A stretch of DNA of 64,000 bases from Eledone cirrhosa (lineage: Eukaryota), in contig OZ024745.1 of the NCBI GenBank assembly GCA_964016885.1, positions 42,036,001-42,100,000 of the forward strand, read 5' to 3'. A program made the position numbers and the translations under genes. Below the pieces are notes generated by a model that was not told the origin of the DNA, did not search any database, and saw only the letters and a program-made list of their open reading frames with translations. This document shows positions 57,371 through 64,000 of the stretch, piece after piece. Each line of letters starts with the position of its first letter. Position 1 is the stretch's first letter.

Positions 57371-57772
57371 GAGCGGCAAAAGGAAGGAAATACCTTTCTA
57401 GAGCATTATCGGAGGCAGCTGAGAAAGTTTACTACATCTGGCTCAAAAGAGAAGATGAATGATTCGCTTGACACATCATTGAGGTGGATGGAGACGTCGT
57501 GCTCGGAGTCATAAAACCAGATCCATCAAATTTCATGTTGTTCTGACGCGTTGAAGTGGATGGAGCCACATTAGACTCACCAAAGATTGTACTGTGGTGC
57601 ACGAATTTCGTTGCTTACACCGGTGGGTGGCCCCGAGTAGCTTTAGTGTCACGGTGGAAGGGGCAGAAACACCTACTGAGTTAATTCACCGTCTGATTAG
57701 ACATCGGCTCCTGCATTCATAGTCCGAGTACAGCAGTAACTCAGCACAGGTCTGTGTTTACCAAGGATACAT
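57371..57772 (+). mobile_element. 3' end of a HERO-like (restriction-like endonuclease) non-LTR retrotransposon
   Basis: Manual translation AAKGRKYLSRALSEAAEKVYYIWLKREDE* (about 57373-57462) resembles the recalled HERO C-terminal LSxAAExxSxWxWLKR pattern; followed by a GC-richer UTR; bounded by microsatellites. Confidence 0.65.
57644..57712 (+). ncRNA. Non-circularly permuted hammerhead-like RNA
   Basis: Order GTGTC, ACGGTGG, AGGGGC, GAAACAC, TCACCGT, CTGATTA, GCTCCT; gives stem III GTGT/ACAC, stem I of 7 bp and an offset stem II of 6 bp. Confidence 0.6.
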
Positions 57773-57782
57773 GCACATACAC

Positions 57783-57842
<60 letters not shown>

Positions 57843-58448
57843 GAAAGAATTCTGCGTCATCTCGAGGGACACATACAACAGTATGGCATATGAGCACCTT
57901 AACAACAGTTAACTATATACAGAAGTAACAGACATAGCTGCATCCCAGATTGAAGATCACATCAACACCACCTAGACGGATATCTGCAGATGTAGACAAC
58001 TCCCAAATAGGTAATTTTCCGAAAGTCCTACTCCTCTTCCAATCAACAAAAATACGGGGTGTGCAAAATTTCAGCTCAATCAGACAACTGTTTGGCGACC
58101 CTCAAACGCCTAGAAGTTGGAATATAGTATACGCAACGATTAATTCTGTTCAAAAGCGGTATACTGTTCCCTATCTCGACCATTTTCTTTTTTCTTCTTA
58201 GAGAAATTTATGTGGACACATCCAGGCAACCCCAGTAAATCTTTAAAAACGTTCTGAATCAAATTTACCAATAGTAAATTTGAAAAATTCCTGAAATAAC
58301 ATGTAAAACTTAAGGAATATTAGGTTTTCTTAATAAAGCACACAACTTCTATAAGAGAAACGCATTTTTATTTACAACAATAATTTCTATAGAATCAAAA
58401 ACATAATGTGAACAATGAACACTGAATATTGAACATTATTTTTCAAAA

Positions 58449-58635
58449 GGCGGTGAATTGGCAGTAACGATAGAGGGTCGGAGGCCATGCTTTGCAGCAA
58501 ACTGTTATGGCCCTATATGGTCTGAGTTCAAAACCCGCCGAGGTTAACTTTGTCTTTCATCCTTACGGGGTCGATAAAATAAAGTACCAGTAATACACTA
58601 GGATAATTGCTGGCCTTGTGCCAAAAGTAGAAACA
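58449..58635 (+). mobile_element. SINE family A, full length
   Basis: Same body as 5497-5683; attattttt on both flanks. Confidence 0.9.
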
Positions 58636-58669
58636 ATTATTTTTACATAAGAGAGGATTTAATGGCAGT

Positions 58670-59035
58670 TTTACGGTTTTCGGTAACGATCTGTAAAACA
58701 AATTATTTCTCAGTTTCATCTTTTGTGAGAATGTTATAATCCTGAACGAGTTTGACACCTCTTTCTGTAACATCATTCACAACAACTGTCTTCTCAAGTT
58801 TTTCAAGTCCACTTTTGTAACCAGGATCATCCTTCCATGTTGAAGGGTCTTTGTCGAGGAAATCAGTGCTGATAGAAAATCTCGTGAAGAAAGTTTTTGT
58901 ACCAGGCGTTAAAAAAGATGACAACTCGATGTTTCTAAAGAAAAGTCAGTTGATTTTTTTTTTCTTCTTCGTCTTCTTCAGCTTTGTCTGCTTCCAGTAT
59001 ACCTTGAGCAATATTTGCCTTAACCTCGCCTTGAT
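58670..59035 (-). pseudogene. DNA-transposase C-terminal remnant (superfamily uncertain)
   Basis: FLDKDPSTWKDDPGYKSGLEKLEKTVVVNDVTERGVKLVQDYNILTKDETEK carries the VNDxAERGVKL pattern recalled from invertebrate DDE transposases. Confidence 0.7.
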
Positions 59036-59380
59036 CTCCTTGCTCTCATTTTCTCCTTCCTCTCTTTGCTTTCCTTTTATCCTTACTCTCCTTTTCTCAT
59101 TTCTCTCCTTTTCTCATTGCTCTCCTTGATCTCCGTTTCTCGTTGCTCTCCTTGCTCTCCCTTTCTCCTTGCTCTCCTTGTTCTCATTATATATTTGCTC
59201 TCCTTTTCTCCTTGCTCTCCCTTTCTCCTTGCTCTCCTTATTCTCATTATATATTTGCTCTCCTTATCTCATTGCTCTCCTTGTTCCCCTTTTATCCTTG
59301 GTCTCTTTTTCTCGTTGCTCTCTTTGCTCTCCTTGCTCTCCCTTTCTCGTTGCTCTCTTTTTCTCCTTACTCTCCTTTTC
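59036..59380. repeat. Degenerate CT-rich tandem repeat (ctccttgct core, 51-bp higher-order duplication)
   Basis: ttctcattatatatttgctctcctt occurs twice, 51 bp apart, amid many ctccttgctct units. Confidence 0.85.
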
Positions 59381-59437
59381 TTCTTGCACAAATACAATGA
59401 GAAAAGGAGAGCAAGGAGAAATATGAAAGTAAGGAGA

Positions 59438-59544
<107 letters not shown>

Positions 59545-59618
59545 TATTTATATATATATATATATATATTACTCAATACCGAGTACTCATTTCTCTCAGC
59601 TGTCAACCCCATACGGAT

Positions 59619-60030
59619 ATATGTATATTAGGATGGTCCTTAGCAATAGGTAAGTTTCCGAAAGTTAAAATGTTGCTGCTCCCACACTGAAAAATAGGTG
59701 TTTGCCCTATAGCTGCGCTCTGTCTCCAGCTTTGCAAGTTGCCTTCTTCATTATATTTATTGTCACTTATCCTTCTAATACCAAGAATAAGTCAGAACAA
59801 GTTTTTTAATTTAAGAGAAAATTATATCAGAGATAAACCATTTTTTATCTTAAAAAATAACGGGCGAAAACTTCAACATTTTACGGTCGATGAGAGTCGC
59901 CTTGCGGTTGTCTGCTTGAGTTAAAGTTTTGCATAGATTGTTTTGTTTATTTTTTGTTAATTGGAATAAGATAGGTGGGGAGCTAAACTTTTAGAAAGTT
60001 GAAAAATACGGGCCACCCTAATATACATAT
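59619..60030. mobile_element. MITE-like element with short terminal inverted repeats
   Basis: atatgtatattaggatggtcc (59619-59639) versus gggccaccctaatatacatat (60010-60030): 19 of 21 positions inverted-match. Confidence 0.6.
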
Positions 60031-60057
60031 ATGCATACATATATATATATATACATA

Positions 60058-60256
60058 TATCTTTGCTCCCAAATACAGGAAGTCCTCAACCAATTCCAAC
60101 GGCTTCCCGCCTACATTAGTGATCCCCTCTGGCTTCTCAACATTCTCTACCAGATATTTTGTTTTAGTCTCATTCATTCTCAGCCCCACACTCATCGACA
60201 CAGTCTCAACCTCCCGCATCAAATCCTCTGCCTCCTTCACTGTATTTGTCACCAAT
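60058..60256 (-). pseudogene. Isolated internal RT fragment (domains 6-7) of a non-LTR element
   Basis: LVTNTVKEAEDLMREVETVSMSVGLRMNETKTKYLV...LELVEDFLYLGAKI, flanked by TA repeats. Confidence 0.85.
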
Positions 60257-60270
60257 ATATATATACATAC

Positions 60271-60304
<34 letters not shown>

Positions 60305-60320
60305 TAAAATAACAGATTAA

Positions 60321-60371
60321 AGTTTAAGCAAAGAATCGCTGCTTTCACCCTTAACGGGATCTTCTGAAACT
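60321..60371 (-). ncRNA. Type I hammerhead fold, CAGAAGA core variant (left pLTR)
   Basis: Mirror copy of 62625-62675. Confidence 0.6.
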
Positions 60372-61438
60372 AACAAAGTCAATCTGTAAACGCAGAACTG
60401 GATATTTCAAAAAACGTTGCAACCGGAGGAAGACAGGAAGACGATACTTTGGTTCGTGGTAACGTTCGCTGGCAAAGAACGGGAAAAAACGAATAATACG
60501 TCATTAATAGGAGCGGTGAAAAATAATTACGCGCAAAGACAAAACCACGTTTATGGTATAAAAGAGGTCGTAGACTAATGTTCTCTTAGGTGGTGCATAG
60601 AGACGTTCTCTGGCAATGAACGAAAAAACGAAGATAATAAGTCATATGTAGAGCGTGGAGAACAATAGCACGCAAAGACAAAACCACGTAAATGGTATAA
60701 CAGAAATCGTAGACTAAGATTCTAACTAGGAGACCAAATGAATCTCCGCTACAGAGTTAAGAACAAAGTAAATAAATACAATACAGAAGTAATAGAAACA
60801 AATAAATACATACACGCAAACAGATACGTACATACACAAGCATACGCAAAACCTTACCATGGGTATACAAAACCACGCACATATAAATATGTGTGTGTGT
60901 GTATGCTTGTGTACAAATAAATAAATAATTATATAAACGTATATAAATAAATAAAAACGTATATAACAAGCGCACACGCATACCTACATATAAATACACG
61001 AATGTTCGGAGACGTAAGTCAACTAAAACAAGAAGTACACATATACACACACCCACCATACGTACGAACCTGCACACTCACGCGGACGCAAACTCCCGTA
61101 TACACATAGCCAAACCCTAAATACCGGAATATGTAAAAATTATACGTTATAACAGTCAAATATACGTACGAGAAGGTATACATACCTTCACAAAACATAC
61201 GGGTAATATATACTTACCTATACAAATAAGTAAAGGAATAAACAAAACATATACTTAGCTCCCACATCAAGACGTAAAATATCCACGTATAGATCGTGCT
61301 ATCCGTTAGGGTATAACGTGGGGCTGTAATACAGGAAAGTTTTGTGCAATTTATGTTTACAAGCCGAAATTGCCTCAGATTTTTTGTTTAAGATGTGGTC
61401 TGTAGCGTAGAGTATTTCGTTACCCTCTAAGAAGGAAT

Positions 61439-61696
61439 ATGACGTCACTTTCAGCTTATATCTGGAGTCTAAAAGACAACCACACCCAATATAAGTTACA
61501 CTGGGAGATCCTAGCTAGGGCTAGATCGTATAACGGAAATAAAAGACCATGTGACCTCTGCGCTGCTGAGGCCCTGGAAATACTCTACGCTACAGACCAC
61601 ATCTTAAACAAAAAATCTGAGGCAATTTCGGCTTGTAAACATAAATTGCACAAAACTTTCCTATATTACAGCCCCACGTTATACCCTAACGGATAG
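61439..61696 (+). pseudogene. C-terminal fragment of Penelope-like GIY-YIG endonuclease
   Basis: TSLSAYIWSLKD...KLHWEILARARSY...CDLCAAEALEIL...ILNKKSEAISACKH: W-x-I-L, CxxC-x2-E, LN and CxH motifs. Confidence 0.85.
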
Positions 61697-62624
61697 CACG
61701 ATCTATACGTGGATATTTTACGTCTTGATGTGGGAGCTAAGTATATGTTTTGTTTATTCCTTTACTTATTTGTATAGGTAAGTATATATTACCCGTATGT
61801 TTTGTGAAGGTATGTATACCTTCTCGTACGTATATTTGACTGTTATAACGTATAATTTTTACATATTCCGGTATTTAGGGTTTGGCTATGTGTATACGGG
61901 AGTTTTGCGTCCGCGTGAGTGTGCAGGTTCGTACGTATGGTGGGTGTGTGTATATGTGTACTTCTTGTTTTAGTTGACTTACGTCTCCGAACATTCGTGT
62001 ATTTATATGTAGGTATGCGTGTGCGCTTGTTATATACGTTTTTATTTACTTATATACGTTTATATAATTATTTATTTATTTGTACACAAGCATAGACACA
62101 CACACATATTTATATGTGCGTGGTTTTGTATACCCATGGTAAGGTTTTGCGTATGCTTGTGTATGTACGTATCTGTTTGCGTGTATGTATTTATTTGTTT
62201 CTATTACTTCTGTATTGTATTTATTTACTTTGTTCTTAACTCTGTAGCGGAGATTCATTTGGTCTCCTAGTTAGAATTTTAGTCTACGATTTCTGTTATA
62301 CCATTTACGTGGTTTTGTCTTTGCGTGCTATTGTTCTCCACGCTCCACATATGACTTATTATCTTCGTTTTTTCGTTCATTGCCAGAGAACGTCTCTATG
62401 CACCACCTAAGAGAACATTAGTCTACGACCTCTTTTATACCATAAACGTGGTTTTGTCTTTGCGCGTAATTGTTTTTCACCGCTCCTATTAATGACGTAT
62501 TATTCGTTTTTTCCCGTTCTTTGCCAGCGAACGTTACCACAAACCAAAGTATCGTCTTCCTGTCTTCCTCCGGTTGCAACGTTTTTTGAAATATCCAGTT
62601 CTGCGTTTACAGATTGACTTTGTT

Positions 62625-62675
62625 AGTTTCAGAAGATCCCGTTAAGGGTGAAAGCAGCGATTCTTTGCTTAAACT
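62625..62675 (+). ncRNA. Type I hammerhead fold, CAGAAGA core variant (right pLTR)
   Basis: AGTTT-CAGAAGA-tCCC gttaa GGGt-GAA-AGCA gcgattctt TGCT-T-AAACT, then AATAAA at 62691. Confidence 0.6.
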
Positions 62676-62781
62676 TTAATCTGTTATTTTAATAAATATT
62701 TGCTCTACGGTTCTTATATATTTGATATATATTTTCCTTATCGAGCCCTCTTTGGATTTTAGTCTTCAATTTTATTATTAT

Positions 62782-62824
<43 letters not shown>

Positions 62825-62829
<5 letters not shown>

Positions 62830-63010
62830 GTTTCTACTTTTGGCACAAGGCCAGCAATTATCCCAGTTCATTACTGGTACTTTATTTTATCGGCCCCGTA
62901 AGGATGAAAGGCAAAGTTAACCTCGGTGGGATTTGAACTCAGAATGGCAAGGGTCGTAACTCCATACGACAAAGCATAGCGTCCGACTCTCTACCGATAC
63001 TGCCAATCCA
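62825..63010 (-). mobile_element. SINE family A, near full length
   Basis: Reverse complement of the family A body. Confidence 0.9.
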
Positions 63011-63161
63011 TAATGGAGGTGTATATGAAAACACATAATGCCCTTATATACAATAAACACATGGGTACCCACGCTGCCGAAGAAAAGTATTTTTTCGTAA
63101 CGAAACGAAAAGAAATTATTTTTCTTATTTGTCCTGGCGAATATATCACCGACTTCCCAGT

Positions 63162-63220
63162 ATGGGTGTTAGGCACCATGCTGTTTCAAGATTTGTTGTT
63201 CTTTCATCAGTGAAACCCAT
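63162..63220 (-). ncRNA. Hammerhead-like motif with intact core and stem II, degenerate stems I and III
   Basis: Minus strand ATGGGTttca-CTGATGA-AAGA acaacaaa TCTT-GAAAC-agcatggtgcctaac-ACCCAT. Confidence 0.45.
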
Positions 63221-63523
63221 TTAGAACGTACTCCCATGAAATAGGCTATAGTCTATATAGAATTTTACATGATGATCATTTGCAGTAGATTCTCAAAGCA
63301 GAAAATATTGGCTGGATGTGGTTATTTGCATATTATAGGTTTAAATATGTTTTCATATACGCCTCTACTATGCTTAAACGCTGCCACCAATTAAATATAA
63401 CCAGCTAGACTCGCATTATATACAAATTATCAATTCCAGCCGATGTTTTCTGCTTTGTTATATGCAAATGAGCATCTTAGCTAATTTTAAAATTGATTGT
63501 TTGTTTCCATTAGATTAGCAGAT

Positions 63524-63710
<187 letters not shown>

Positions 63711-63946
63711 AAATTTACCAAGTTTTAGAAAAATATTAGCCACGAAAATAATTCAGTCACGAGCCATAATGACTTGTTAGCGGGCTGCATGCCGCATGTT
63801 TGAGTCCCTTGATATAGTTAATTTATTTGAGTATATCGTAGTCAACAAAATGACTATTGTTCATTGAGCTTAGTGTCATCAGATATAATACAACAGATAC
63901 AGATACGCACGCAAACACACCATGCACAAACACACACACACACACA

Positions 63947-64000
<54 letters not shown>

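Larger units (their letters stand above)
60297..62699 (+). mobile_element. 5'-truncated Penelope-like retroelement with inverted pseudo-LTR
   Basis: 60297-61418 is the near-perfect reverse complement of 61577-62699. The 158-bp spacer plus the start of the right arm encode a GIY-YIG endonuclease C-terminus. A hammerhead fold lies at each outer end. Confidence 0.92.

Noticed and set aside
60726-62270. Duplicated ORFs 60726-60977(-)/62019-62270(+) and 60738-60920(+)/62076-62258(-)
   Set aside because: Mirror products of the inverted pLTR in low-complexity UTR sequence.
63770-63812. gcgggctgcatgccgcatgtttgagtcccttg resembling a hAT-MITE terminus
   Set aside because: The matching opposite end was not found in the window.

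Overview
Very AT-rich, microsatellite-saturated eukaryotic DNA with no confidently identifiable host gene. The (TA)n/(CA)n/(CATA)n density and the SINE set point to a coleoid cephalopod such as Octopus (inference). Nearly all long ORFs in the track are microsatellite artefacts. The coding signal is retroelement-derived: a near full-length decayed RTE LINE (-, 13.7-17.7 kb), a 5'-truncated second RTE (+, 44.3-47.5 kb) carrying a nested L1/Tx1 3' fragment, and both RTEs ending in three C2H2 fingers. There is also a Penelope-like element with a 1.12-kb inverted pseudo-LTR (60.3-62.7 kb), a HERO-like 3' end, RT and transposase relics, many tRNA-derived SINEs, a fold-back/MITE and a 994-bp tandem array. 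The most striking signal is a dozen or so hammerhead-ribozyme motifs from several unrelated short non-coding elements. Some are complete minimal type I folds with palindromic stem III loops, and most sit inside microsatellites. Three loci carry near-perfect fold-backs whose axis lies inside the ribozyme. One further hammerhead, in the HERO-like 3' UTR, is non-circularly permuted. All structures were read by eye; no search or folding program was run.
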